From NCBI GenBank assembly GCA_963739455.1, contig CAVUAK010000003.1, positions 447,400 to 511,399 of the forward strand: a DNA stretch of 64,000 bases. The letters run 5' to 3'. The notes under the pieces were generated by a model, which saw only the letters and a list, made by a program, of their open reading frames with translations, had not been told where the DNA came from and made no database searches. This document shows, piece by piece, positions 51,872 to 63,451 of this stretch. The stretch comes from an uncultured Gemmatimonadales bacterium (GTDB lineage: Bacteria; Gemmatimonadota; Gemmatimonadetes; Gemmatimonadales; GWC2-71-9). The stretch's first letter is position 1; every line of letters starts with the position of its first letter. The translations under genes were made by a program, and so were the position numbers.

Positions 51872-52906
51872 ATGCCTGACACGATCAGCTTCGTCCTCCT
51901 GATCGTCGCAGTAGCCCTCGTATTCGATTTCATCAACGGGTTCCACGACAGCGCCAACTCGATCGCCACCGTCGTTTCCACCCGGGTCCTCTCACCGGGC
52001 GTCGCGGTGGCATGGGCGGCGTTCTTCAACTTCATCGCGGCGTTCACGGTGGGAACCGCGGTGGCCAAGACGATCAGCAAGGGACTGGTTGATCCCGCGA
52101 TCGTCGACCCGACCGTGGTACTGGCAGCGCTCCTCGGTGCGATTGTCTGGAACCTCGTCACCTGGTACGTCGGGCTGCCGAGTTCATCATCCCATGCGCT
52201 GCTGGGCGGATTCGCCGGGGCCGCGATCGCCAAGGCCGGCATCGGGGCGCTGATCCTCTCCGGATGGGTGAAGCCCATCCTCGGCATCGTCATCTCGCCG
52301 CTGCTGGGTGCCGCGCTCGGCCTCGCGCTGACGGTCGGTTTTTCCTGGCTCCTCTACAAGAAGACGGCGCGCCCCCTCGACAAGCTCTTCCGGCGGCTCC
52401 AGCTGGTGTCGGCCGGGCTCTATTCGCTGAGCCATGGCGCCAACGACGCGCAGAAGACGATGGGCATCATCGTGGGCCTGCTGGTGTCGGCGCAGCACCT
52501 GTTCAAGGACACGACCGGCTGGCAGCACCATCTCTACCTCGAGAACGCGGACCACGTGCCGCTCTGGGTGGAGCTTTCGGCCTACACGGCGATCGCGATG
52601 GGGACGGCGATGGGCGGCTGGCGCATCGTGAAGACGATGGGATCGAAGATCACCAAGCTCACGCCCTTCAGCGGCTTCTGCGCGGAGACCGGCGGCGCGG
52701 TGACAATCCTCCTCGCCTCGTCCCTCGGGGTGCCGGTCAGCACGACGCACACCATTACCGGCGCCATCGTCGGTGTCGGGGCGGCGCGACGGCTCGGGGC
52801 GGTTCGCTGGGGCGTGGCCGGACGCATCGTCTGGGCCTGGCTGCTCACGATTCCACTCAGCGCCGCGGTGGCGGCGACGGTGTACCTGCTGCTCCAGCTG
52901 CGCTAG
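51872..52906 (+). CDS. pit: Inorganic phosphate transporter, Pit family
   Basis: NGFHDSANSIAT, PSSSSHAL, HGANDAQKTMG, PVSTTH. Confidence 0.93.
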   Translation: MPDTISFVLLIVAVALVFDFINGFHDSANSIATVVSTRVLSPGVAVAWAAFFNFIAAFTVGTAVAKTISKGLVDPAIVDPTVVLAALLGAIVWNLVTWYVGLPSSSSHALLGGFAGAAIAKAGIGALILSGWVKPILGIVISPLLGAALGLALTVGFSWLLYKKTARPLDKLFRRLQLVSAGLYSLSHGANDAQKTMGIIVGLLVSAQHLFKDTTGWQHHLYLENADHVPLWVELSAYTAIAMGTAMGGWRIVKTMGSKITKLTPFSGFCAETGGAVTILLASSLGVPVSTTHTITGAIVGVGAARRLGAVRWGVAGRIVWAWLLTIPLSAAVAATVYLLLQLR

Positions 52907-52967
52907 CGGGGCGACGCTAGCGAGCGGGCACGTCGTACCCCTACGTTGCGTTGTCCTCACCGGAAAA

Positions 52968-55352
52968 ATGATGAACAGGCCGGACTTGCCCTGGGCCGAC
53001 GCGCTCGCGGAGCGCTACCGGGTCGAGCGTGCACTGGGCCAGGGCGGCATGGCGATCGTCTACCTCGCGCGCGATCTCAAGCACGACCGCGAGGTGGCGC
53101 TCAAGGTGCTGCGCCCCGAGCTGTCCGCGGCGCTCGGGCGCGAGCGCTTCGCGCGCGAGATCCAGCTGACCGCGCGCCTGCAACACCCCCACATCCTGCC
53201 TGTCTTCGACTCGGGCGAATCGTCCGGGCAGCTCTGGTACACGATGCCCTTCGTCGATGGGGAGACGCTCCGTGCGCGCATGGCGCGCGACGGTCGCTTG
53301 CCGGTGGACACCGCGATCCAGCTCGCCCGTGAGGTGGCATCGGCGCTGGCCTATGCCCACGATGCCGGCGTGGTGCATCGGGACATCAAGCCGGAGAACA
53401 TCCTGCTGTCGAGGCAGGGCCAGGCGCTGGTCGCCGACTTCGGGATCGCCAAGGCCGCTCGCGTCCGACGAGGCACTCACCGAGACCGGCCTCGCGCTCG
53501 GCACCCCGTCCTACATGGCACCGGAACAGATCCTGGGTGAGCGCCCGGTCCGGCCGCAGGCCGACGTCTATGCGCTCGGGGTCGTGCTGTTCGAGATGCT
53601 GTCCGGCACGCGGCCGTTCGCCGATTCGGCGCCGGCGGCGATGCTGGCGAAGCGGCTGACCGACGGCGCTCCCCTCGTTTCGGTGCAGCGGTCCGAGGTC
53701 CCCGAGCCGATCGCGATGCTGATCCGGGACACGCTCGAGGTCGATCCCGCCCGTCGCCCGGCGTCGGGCGCGGCGCTGGCCGCGCGACTGGCGGAGGCGG
53801 GCGGCTCCACGCCGGTCACCGACGATGCCAATTGCCGCCGGTCGTCGTGCGCGCCGGGGCCGGTCCTGGATGCTCGCCGCGGCGGGCCTTGTGCGTCGCT
53901 GCGGTCGCGGCGGCGGTCGCGCTGGTCGCGGCTCGGCACGGCGGGACGAGGCCAGCATCGGCGTGCTGCCCTTCGAGAATCGCAGCGGCGACAGCGCGCA
54001 GGCGTACCTGAGCGAGGGCGTGTCGGACGAACTGACGGCGCGCTTGTCAGCCGTGCCGGAACTGAAGGTGTCGCCGCGCAGTTCGACGGTCCGCTTCCGC
54101 GGCAGCACACGACGCGCCGGAGGCGATCGCGCCGGCAGCTCGGCGTGACCTACCTCCTCACGGGCGGCGTGGCGCGGCAGGGTGACAGCGTGCGCATGAG
54201 CGTCGAACTCATCGATGCGCCGGGGAGGCGGCAGCGCTGGAGCGAGGTGCAGGTGGGTCCGGCGCGCTCGCTGGCCGGCCTGGTGGACAGCGTGGCTCGC
54301 GTGGTGACACAGTCGCTTGCGCCCTCCGGCGCCCGGGTCGCGGCGCAAGCCGGACCGGTGACACGAGCGACTCGCTGGCGTACGACTACTACCTGCTGGC
54401 GCAGCACCACTGGAATCGATTCACCGAACCGGACCTGCGCCGGTCGCTCGCCTACAGCGACAGCGCCATCGCCCGCGACCCCGTCTTCGTGGACGCCTGG
54501 ATCGCGCGTGCGAACGCGCTCCTCGTCGCTCGCGTCGGGCAATGGCAGCCTGACCGGGCGCGAGACGCTCGGCCCACTGCGGCAGGCGGTGGACACGATA
54601 CTCGCGCTCGATCCGACGGTCGGGACGCGCCCACGCGATCCGCGGTCTCAGCGTACACCTGGTTCGAGTGTGGACTGGGCCGCGGCCGAGCGCGAGTTCC
54701 GCCAGTCGTTCGCCCTCGAGCCGCCGCGGCGCGCTCGCCTACACGCGCGCGGCGTTCCTCCAGGCGGCGCAGGGACACACCGACTCGGCCCTGGCGCTCA
54801 TGCGCGACGGCCCAGGCGCATGGAGCCGACCAACGTCCGGGCGTATCGCGGCGGAGCCAGTCGCGGCCTACTACGGCCGGCGCTACGAGCAGACGCGCTC
54901 GCCACGAGCCGGCGGGCGCTTGCAGCTCGATCCCTACTTCTTCGGCGGCGCTGCAGTACGAGGCGCTCGCGCTCAGCGCGCTTGGTCGGCATGACGGAGG
55001 CGATCGCGGCGGCGCGTCGCGCCAGTCGACAAACCCCGCTCCGGTCATGGCCGTCGACCCTCGCGATCGTCCTCGCCCAGGCGGACAGCCTGGAGGCGGC
55101 GCGCGGAGGTCATCGGCCACGCTCGAGGCGCGCATGTCGGCAGACGAGCCGATCGGCGCCGTGCATCCTGTTCCGGGCCTACGCGGCGCTGGGTGACGCG
55201 GATCGAGATGTTCGCCTGGCTCGATCGGGCGATCGCCGAGCGCTCCTGGTCTGTCGCCTTCCTGAACGTGGACCCGGTGCTCGACCGATACCGGGACGGA
55301 CCCGCGCGCTTCGAAGGCAGCGGCGGCGCGGGCGGGGCTGCCTCCTCCCTGA
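52968..55352 (+). CDS. Ser/Thr kinase with TolB_N-like and TPR domains (many frameshifts)
   Basis: [44 protein letters not shown]-like C-terminus. Confidence 0.85.
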
Positions 55353-55368
55353 TTATCTTTGCGGCCCT

Positions 55369-56477
55369 ATGACTGCCACCGCCAAGGCCTCGAGCGGCAC
55401 CCCCGCCGCGCCGCACGGCCTCACGCCGGGAGCAGCTGCTCGAGCTCTACTACTGGATGCGGCTGACCCGGACGCTCGAGGAGCGGCTGGTCAACCTCTA
55501 CCGCCAGACCAAGGTGGTCGGCGGGCTGTTCCGCTCGCTGGGCCAGGAGGCCGACGCGGTCGGCAGCGCCTACGCGCTCGACCGCGGCCGGGCGACATTC
55601 TCTCCCCGCTGATCCGCAACCTCGGCTCGATGCTGGTGCAGGGCGCCACGCCCCTCGAGGTCCTCCGGCAGTACATGGCCAAGGCCGAGAGCCCGACCCG
55701 CGGCCGCGAGCTCAACATCCATTTCGGCGACCTCGAGCGCGGCTTCGTCGGGCCAGATCTCGCACCTCGGCGACATGGTGCCGGTCATGGCCGGCATCGC
55801 GCTCTCGTTCAAGATGCGGAAGCGAGCCGCGGGTCGGCCTGGTCTACGTCGGCGACGGCGCGATGAGCACCGGCGCCTTCCACGAGGGGATCAACTTCGC
55901 CGCCGTGCAGCGGCTGCCCGCTGGTCGTCATCGTGCGAGAACAACGGCTACGCCTATTCGCACGCCGCACCGCGAAGCAGACGGCGGCGGCCCGGCTGGC
56001 GGACAAGGCCGCCGGCTACGGCGTGCCCGGCGATCCGCGCCGACGGCAACGACGTGCTGGACGTCTACGGGGTCACCAAGGCGGCGGTGGAGCGGGCGCG
56101 CGGCGGGGCAGGGGCTGCACCCTGATCGAGCTGATCACCTACCGGCGGAAGGGGCACGCGGAGCACGACAACCAGTCGTACGTGCCGCAGGACGAGATCG
56201 CCGCAGTGGGAAGGACGAAGGACCCGATCGATCGCTACGTGCGCCGGCTCCTCGACGGCCGGCTGGGCTCACGCCGCGGAGCTCGCGGCGCATCGACGCG
56301 CGGGTCGCGGCGGAGCTCGACGCTGCGACGACGTGGCGGAGCAGTCGCCGCGCACGAGCCGCGATGCGCCGAGCGGCGTGTACGACCGCCGCTCGATGCC
56401 GGCGTTCTGGTATCGCGCGGACATCGGCAGCGCGCCGAGCTGCGAGTGGTACCGGAGGCTGGGGACTCAATGGCTGA
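55369..56477 (+). CDS. 2-oxoacid dehydrogenase E1 alpha (many frameshifts)
   Basis: [47 protein letters not shown]. Confidence 0.88.
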
Positions 56478-57460
56478 GGTGACCTATCTCGAGGCCATCC
56501 GCCAGGGGCTCTGCGGAGGAGATGGAGCGCGACGAGAACGTCTTCATGCCTCGGCGAGGACGTCGGGGCCTACGGCGGCGCGTTCAAGGTGACCGAGGGC
56601 TTCCTGGCCGAGTTCGGCGAGCGGCGCGTCATCGACACGCCGATCTCCGAGGCGGCCATCGTCGGCGCGGCGGCGGGCGCGGCGCACATGGGGCTCCGGC
56701 CCGTCTGCGAGATGCAGTTCATCGACTTCATCTCCTGCGCCTACGACATGCTCACCAACTACGTCGCGACGGCGCGCTACCGCGCCGGTCCTGCCGACGC
56801 CGATGGTGGTGCGCGGCCCGTCGCGGCGGCTACGTGCGCGGCGGGCCGTTCCACTCGCAGAACCCCGAGGCGGCCTTCCTGCACACGCCGGGGCTCAAGA
56901 TCGTCTGCCCCGCCACGGCGCGGGACGCCAAGGGCCTGATCAAGAGCGCCATCCGCGACGACGATCCGGTGCTCTACTTCGAGCACAAGTACCTCTACCG
57001 GCGGATCAAGGAAGACATGCCCGAGGGCGAGGAGATCCTGACCCCGATCGGCAAGGCGCGGGTGGCCCGGAAGGGAAGCGACCTCTCGATCATCACCTGG
57101 TCGGCGATGGTGTACAAGGCGCTCGAGGCGGCGGAGCAGCTGGAGAAGGAGGACGGCCTCTCGGTCGAGGTGCTCGACCTGCGGACCCTGCTGCCCGATG
57201 GACGACGAGGCGATCGTGGCCACGGTCAAGAAGACCAACCGGGTGCTGATCGCGCACGAGGACACCCGGCACCGGCGGCGTGGCCGGCGAGATCACCGCG
57301 CGGATCAACGAGCTCGGCTTCGAGTGGCTCGACGCGCCGGTCAAGCGGGTGGCGCGCGCACGACGTGCCGCTGCCCTATGCGCCGACCGCTGGAAGACTT
57401 CGTGCTGCCGCAGACCGAGCGACCTCGTGCGCGCGGCGCGCTGGCTGGCCGGCGTACTAG
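56470..57460 (+). CDS. 2-oxoacid dehydrogenase E1 beta (many frameshifts)
   Basis: [39 protein letters not shown]. Confidence 0.9.
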
Positions 57461-57479
57461 GAACTCGGAGACTGATCAC

Positions 57480-58877
57480 ATGGCCAAGATCGACGTCATC
57501 ATGCCCCAGATGGGCGAGTCCATCGCCGAGGGCACCCTCTCGCGCTGGATGAAGAAGGTGGGCGACGCCGTCAAGCGCGACGAGCCGATCTTCGAGATCT
57601 CGACCGACAAGGTGGACGCCGAGATTCCCGCGCCCAACGCCGGCGTCCTGGTCGAGATCCTGGTCGCAGGAGGGCCAGACCGTCGCGGTGCAGACGGTCG
57701 TGGCGCGGATCGAGACCGAGGCGGGCGCCGCCGCCGCGGCCGCCCGCTCCGGCCCCGGCCGCTCCGCTGCCGCCGCCGGCGCCCGCTGCCGCCGCTGCCC
57801 GGCGGCCCGCCGCCCCGGCTGCCGCACCGGCCGGCCCCGCTGCGCCCCCGGCGCCCGCTGCCCGCGCCGCGGCCGCCGCAACGGTCCCGAGACCGCCGAG
57901 GAGCGCCTGCGCCGGCGGTCCACGCCGCTGGTCCGCAAGATGGCCGCCGAGCACGGCCTCGACATCACGCACCATTGCCGGGCAGCGGCATCGCCGGCCG
58001 GGTGACCAAGAACGACGTGCTGCACGCTATCTCGAGACGCCGCCCGCGGCGCCGGCTGCCGCGCCGGCGCCGCGCTGCCGCGCCGGCGCCGCTGCCTCCC
58101 GCCGGCCCGCGGCCGCCCGCGGCTGCCGCCGCCCTCAGTCGGGCCGTCGCCGGCCGTCGAGCCGTGGGAAGGCGACCGGGTCGAGCCGTGGACGCGGATC
58201 CGGAAGCTGACCGCCGATCACATGATCATGTCGCGGCGCGTGTCGGCCCACGTCGAACAGCCTCTTCGAGATCGACTACACGCCGCGTCGCGCCAGCTGC
58301 GGGCGAAGAAGAAGAAGGAGTACGCCGAGCGCGGGCGTCAACCTGACCTTCCTCGCCTTCATCGTGAAGGCGGTGGCCGACAACCTCCGCAAGCACCCGG
58401 TGGTCAACGCCGCCGTCTGGGCGACGCGACACGATCTTCCGGCGCGACATCAACATCGGCATCGCGGTGGCGCTCGACTGGGGCCTGATCGTGCCGGTCA
58501 TCAAGCAGGCCGACGAGCTCTCGCTGCTCGGCATGGCCCGCGCCATCAACGACCTCGGCGAGCGGGCGCGCACCAAGAAGCTGACGCCCGACGAGGTGCA
58601 GAAGGGCACCTTCACCATCACCAACCCCGGCGGTGTTCGGTTCCTACGTCGGCACCCCGATCATCAACCAGCCGCAGGTGGCCATCCTCGGCGTCGGCGC
58701 GATCGAGAAGCGCCCGCCGTCATCACCCTGCCGGACGGCACCGACACGCTCGGCATCCGCACCAAGGGGATGCTCTCGATGGCGTACGACCACCGGGTCG
58801 TCGACGGCGCCGATGCCGACCGGTTCCTGGCCGACGTGAAGAAGTCCATCGAGACTTTCGCGGAAAGCGCGGTCTAG
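57480..58877 (+). CDS. Dihydrolipoamide acyltransferase E2 (many frameshifts)
   Basis: [15 protein letters not shown] lipoyl site, [30 protein letters not shown]. Confidence 0.9.
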
Positions 58878-58879
58878 CA

Positions 58880-59194
58880 GTGGGCCGGGCGCTCACGGTG
58901 GCGCGCGTGCACGTCGCCGGGCGCGGGAGGCGGAGTACCTCGCGGTGCTGGCCGAGCTGGACGGCGCTCGGCCGCGCACGGGGACAGCATCTCTGGGTGT
59001 TCCGGCATCGGCAGCGACCCGGGCCGTTCCTCGAGTTCAGCGAGTCCGGCGCGATGGACGACCATCGCGCCGTGGCGGTCGGCCGACGGACGCGAGGCCG
59101 CGCTCGAGGGCCGGCTCCGCGAGCTCGCAGCCGCGTGACCCGTCGGCGGACGCGTTGTGGCATGAGTCGCCGTTGCCCGTCCACCCTCGACTGA
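58880..59194 (+). CDS. Small hypothetical protein (frameshifted)
   Basis: GTG after E2 stop; GQHLWVFRH..PGPFLEFSES. Confidence 0.45.
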   Translation: MGRALTVARVHVAGRGRRSTSRCWPSWTALGRARGQHLWVFRHRQRPGPFLEFSESGAMDDHRAVAVGRRTRGRARGPAPRARSRVTRRRTRCGMSRRCPSTLD

Positions 59195-59208
59195 TCGGAA
59201 CGCTTCAG

Positions 59209-59471
59209 GTGCCACGCCGGATCATCGATTGCGGGGCGAGACGCTGGGAGGTCCCCGGACGGCGCCCGCACCCAGTCCACCAGACGAGTTCGGCCTCCTC
59301 TTCGCGCGGATCGCCGGCGGTCCGCGCGAGGAGCGCGTCGCGCGCTACTCGCCGCTCGGGCAGCAGCGCGCGAGATCTCGCTCGCCGACCCTGGGCGATG
59401 CCGAGCTCGCGCGCCTGCTGACCCGTTCGCAACCCTCCTGGACCGCGCCCGAGACGGGGTACCACCGCTGA
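59209..59471 (+). CDS. Small hypothetical protein (frameshifted)
   Basis: DEFGLLF..ERVARYSPLG..SQPSWTAPETGYHR*. Confidence 0.5.
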
Positions 59472-59492
59472 CCGCCGCGGAAGAAGTCGGCG

Positions 59493-60320
59493 GCCCGGTT
59501 CGTCGACCTGCACATGCACTCGACCGCCTCCGACGGCTCCCTGCCGCCGGAGCAGGTCATCGCGCGCGCGGCCGCCGCGGGCATCGCCGCCATCGCACTC
59601 ACCGATCACGACACCGTGGCCGGCGTCGCCGAGGCGCTGGCCGCCGGCGCGAGCGCTCGGCATCCGGGTCGTGTCCGGCTGCGAGTTCTCCGTGCTGGCG
59701 CCGTGGGGCGAGATGCACGTCCTCGGCTACTTCCTCCCGGAGGACGCCCCGCGAGCTCGAGGAATTCCTCGACCGCTGCCGGGCGGACCGGAAGCGTCGC
59801 GCCATGGAGATGTGCGACGGCTGCAGGAGCTGGGCGTCGCCATCGACGACGAAGCGGTGCTCGACGAGGCGGCCGGCGGCGCGGTGGGCCGGCCGCACGT
59901 GGCGCGGGCGCTCCGGAAGGCCGGCGTCGTGCACACCGTCAACGAGGCGTTCGACCGGTACCTCGGCCGGGACCAGCCGGCGTACGAGGACAAGATCCTG
60001 CCGACGTTCGCCAGGTGGCGCCGCTGGTCCACGTCGTCGGCGGCGTCGTCTCCGCGGCGCACCTCAAGGACCGCGGCAACCGCGCCACCCTCGTGCGCCT
60101 CAAGCGCGACGGCCTCGACGCCGTCGAGATCCGGCATCCGAGTCACGACGCCGACACGCGCGCCCGGATCACCGAGCTGGCGCTCGCGCTCGGACTCTGG
60201 CGGACCGGCGGCAGCGACTGGCACGGCGAGGCGGAGGACGGATGGAACCATGGGTGCCTCGGTTCGCAGACGGTGCCGGACGACTGGCTGGCCGCCTCGA
60301 GGCGCGGCGGCCAGCCATGA
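59493..60320 (+). CDS. PHP-domain phosphoesterase (TrpH/YciV-like); start approximate, frameshifted
   Basis: DLHMHSTASDG, ALTDHD, GCEFS, HVLGY, GRPHVA, TGGSDWHG. Confidence 0.88.
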   Translation, partial: ARFVDLHMHSTASDGSLPPEQVIARAAAAGIAAIALTDHDTVAGVAEALAAGASARHPGRVRLRVLRAGAVGRDARPRLLPPGGRPASSRNSSTAAGRTGSVAPWRCATAAGAGRRHRRRSGARRGGRRRGGPAARGAGAPEGRRRAHRQRGVRPVPRPGPAGVRGQDPADVRQVAPLVHVVGGVVSAAHLKDRGNRATLVRLKRDGLDAVEIRHPSHDADTRARITELALALGLWRTGGSDWHGEAEDGWNHGCLGSQTVPDDWLAASRRGGQP

Positions 60321-60332
60321 CGAGGAGCTGCG

Positions 60333-61059
60333 ATGCCGACGTTCGATTTTCGCGGCAAGGTGGTGCTGGTCACCGGCGTGGCGCGCGCCGGGCAGATCGG
60401 CCACGCGGTGGCGCTGGCCTTCGGCCGGGCCGGCGCGCAACTCGTGCTGTGCGACCGGAATGCCGTCGAGGTCGCCGAGCGCGCGCGGGAATTCCAGGCG
60501 CGAGGGCATCGAGGCCCGGCCGACGGCCGGCGACCTCACCGAGCCGGACATCGCCCGGCTCGCGGTCGAGACGGCGCTGCAAGCACTTCGGCCGGCTCGA
60601 CGCAGTGGTCAACGTGGCGGGCGGGCTGACGACCTATCGGCCCGATCGCCGGCACCACCGTCGGCGTTTCGATCGCGAAATCGCGATCAACCTCAAGACC
60701 ACCTTCCTCGTGTCGCAGGCCGCCATCGACGGCGCTGGCGACCACGCGCGGCTCGATCGTCAACTTCGCCTCGGTCGCGTACTTCCAGCCGCAGGCCCAG
60801 ATGGCGGTCTACGCCGCCGCCAAGGCCGGGGTGGCGGCCTTCACCCAGAGCCTGGCCCTCGAGATCTGCGACACGCGGCGTGCGCGTCAACGCCGTCGCG
60901 CCGGCGATGGTCCGCACCGCCGACAACGTCTCCGCCGTCGGGCGCCGATGCGCCTGTGTGGAGATGCAGCAGATCACCGATGGGGTGCTCTTCCTCGCGA
61001 GTGCCGCCGCCGAGGCCATCACCGGTCACGTCCTCCCGATTTCGCGGGGCGCCGTCTAG
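60333..61059 (+). CDS. Short-chain dehydrogenase/reductase (frameshifted)
   Basis: VLVTGVARAGQIG, VNVAG, YAAAK, VRVNAVAP. Confidence 0.85.
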
Positions 61060-61061
61060 CC

Positions 61062-61790
61062 GTGGAACTCGCCGGCCGCGTCGCCCTCGTGACGGGCGCG
61101 GGGCGTCGGCTCGGCCGCGCCATCGCCGACGCCCTCGCCGGTCGCGGCATGACGGTGGCACTTCACTACAATCCCTCGAAGGAGGCGGAGACTCGCTCGC
61201 GAGAGTCGCAGTCGCGCGGGGGACGCGCCGACTGCTTCCCGGCCGATCTCCGCGACGCCGAGGCGGCCCGGGCACTTCCGGGCCGGGTCGGGGCCGAGTT
61301 CGGCCACCTGGATGTCCTGGTCAACTCGGCGGCGATCATGCACCACGTTGCCGTCGACGAGACCACCCCCGAGCTCTACGACCAGGTCCTCGCCCTCAAT
61401 CTCCGTTCCGTCTTCTTTGTGCACAGGGCGCGATGCCGTTCCTCCGGAAGCTCCCGGGGCAAGATCGTCAACCTCGCCGACGTCGGTGGACTCGAGCCGT
61501 GGCCCGGCTACGCGGCACACTCCATCAGCAAGGCCGGCGTCGTCATGCTGACGCGGGTGCTCGCGCGAAGCCTCGCTCCGGAGGTCACGGTCAACGCCAT
61601 CGCGCCCGGAGCGGTACTGGTTCCTGAAGATTATTCCGGGGCCGAGCGCATGCGCCTCGCGGAGTCGACCCCACTGCGCCGACTCGGGCAGCCTGGCGAC
61701 ATCGTACAGGCCATGCTTTACCTCCTGGAGCGCGCCGATTTCGTCACCGGTGATGTGCTGGTGGTGGACGGGGGCCGGGTTCTTCGGTAG
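61062..61790 (+). CDS. SDR, pteridine reductase/FolM-like
   Basis: VTGAGRRLGRAIA, LHYN, LVNSA, HSISK, VTVNAIAPG, VDGGR. Confidence 0.85.
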   Translation: MELAGRVALVTGAGRRLGRAIADALAGRGMTVALHYNPSKEAETRSRESQSRGGRADCFPADLRDAEAARALPGRVGAEFGHLDVLVNSAAIMHHVAVDETTPELYDQVLALNLRSVFFVHRARCRSSGSSRGKIVNLADVGGLEPWPGYAAHSISKAGVVMLTRVLARSLAPEVTVNAIAPGAVLVPEDYSGAERMRLAESTPLRRLGQPGDIVQAMLYLLERADFVTGDVLVVDGGRVLR

Positions 61791-61825
61791 GGCTATATTT
61801 CATCCAGTCCTTTTCGGAGTGGGTC

Positions 61826-62790
61826 ATGGCGGTTCGTGAGCAGTATGAGGTGGTGATCGTTGGCGCCGGTCCCGCCGGCATGTGCGCCGGCCTGTACGCC
61901 GGGCGGGGCATGCTCCGGACGCCGTCGTCCTCGAGCGCGGCGCGCCGGGTGGCGAGCTGCTCAACACCGACCTCATCGAGGACTACCCCGGGTTCGCCTC
62001 GGTCAAGGGGCACGAGCTGCGCCCGGCTGATGGCCGAGCATGCCCGGAAGATTCGGCGCGGACATCCGCCAGGAGAACGTCGAGTCGGTCGCGCCGGCGA
62101 AGGACGGGATCTTCGAGGTGCGCCTGCAGCACCGGCACGATCTACGAGGCCCCGGCCGTGATCCTCACGGCGGGCGGCACGCCCACCAAGCTCGGCGTGC
62201 CGGGCGAACTGGAGTACGCGGGGCAGGGGGTGTCGTATTGCGCGGTGTGCGACGGCGCCTTCTTCAAGGGGCAGACGATCGCGGTGGTGGGCGGTGGCGA
62301 CGCGGCGGTCGAGGAGGCGGACGTATCTCACCCGCTACGCCGAGAAGGTGTACGTGGTCCACCGGCGCGAGGAGTTCCGGGCCTCGCGGCTGCTCCAGGA
62401 GCGGCTCTTCGCCAATCCGAAGATCGAGGTGATCTGGAACAAGGTGGTCACCGAGCTGAATGGCGGGCCGGGCGGGCCTCGAGTCCCTGGCGCTGAAGGA
62501 CACCGTCACCGGCGCGACCTCGGCGCTCGCCGTCACCGGCTGTTTCATCTTCGTCGGCTTCAAGCCCAACACCGGCCTCGTCACCCAGCACTTCGCCCAC
62601 GATCCCTCCGGCTACATGATCACCGACGACCGGATGATGACCTCGATCCCCGGGCTCTTCGCCGCCGGCGACGTGCGCGTGCAGCTCACCCGACAGGTCA
62701 CCACCGCCGTGGGCGACGCGACCACTGCCGCCATCGCGGTGGAGAAGTTTCTCACCGAACGGAAGGCGGCCGCCGGTTCGCGGGAGCATG
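61826..62790 (+). CDS. trxB: Thioredoxin reductase (frameshifted; end approximate)
   Basis: [42 protein letters not shown]. Confidence 0.92.
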
Positions 62791-63432
62791 CCGGGCGTCG
62801 TCGTCTCGATCCCCAACGGGCAGTTCGTGCAGAACTGCTACCTGCGTGGCCGACGCCGACCGCGGCGCGGCGGTCATGATCGACCCGGGGGAGGAGACCG
62901 ACCGGATCCTGGCCGAGCTCGACCGGCGAGGCTGGTCGCTCGAGGCGATCTGGCTCACGCACGCGCACGTCGACCACGTCATGGGCGTCGCGGACGTCGT
63001 CCGCCGCTGGCCGGTGCCGATCTGGCTCCACCCGCTCGACCTGCCGCTCTACGACAACCTGCCCCAGCAGGCGGCGTGGATGGGTCTCCGCGTCCTGCCC
63101 GCGCCTCCCGCCACCGACCAGCTCGCCGTCGGCGTCCCGGTCGCGATCGGCGCGTACGCCTTCGACGTGCGGCACACGCCCGGGCACTCCCCGGGCAGCG
63201 TGGCGTTTGTCGGGCAGGGCCGGGTGTTCGGCGGGGACGTGCTCTTCAGCGGGTCGGTGGGTCGCACCGACCTCCCGGGCGGCGACATCTCCACGCTCAT
63301 GCGCTCCATCGACGCGACTTGCTGACGCTCGCCGACGCCACCGTGGTCTACGGCGGTCACGGCCCGGACTCCACCATCGGCGTCGAGCGGCTGACCAATC
63401 CCTTCCTTACCGGCGAAGTCCGCGCCGGATGA
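62788..63432 (+). CDS. Metallo-beta-lactamase-fold hydrolase (glyoxalase II/YcbL-like; frameshifted)
   Basis: [29 protein letters not shown]. Confidence 0.88.
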   Translation: MPGVVVSIPNGQFVQNCYLRGRRRPRRGGHDRPGGGDRPDPGRARPARLVARGDLAHARARRPRHGRRGRRPPLAGADLAPPARPAALRQPAPAGGVDGSPRPARASRHRPARRRRPGRDRRVRLRRAAHARALPGQRGVCRAGPGVRRGRALQRVGGSHRPPGRRHLHAHALHRRDLLTLADATVVYGGHGPDSTIGVERLTNPFLTGEVRAG

Positions 63433-63451
63433 CCGCGCGCCCGGGGTCCGA

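Noticed and set aside
62788..63432. Beta-lactam resistance (MBL gene plus BlaI/BlaR-like genes)
   Set aside because: The MBL protein has no signal peptide and looks glyoxalase II-like, lies 55 kb away, and the M56 sensor has no penicillin-binding domain.
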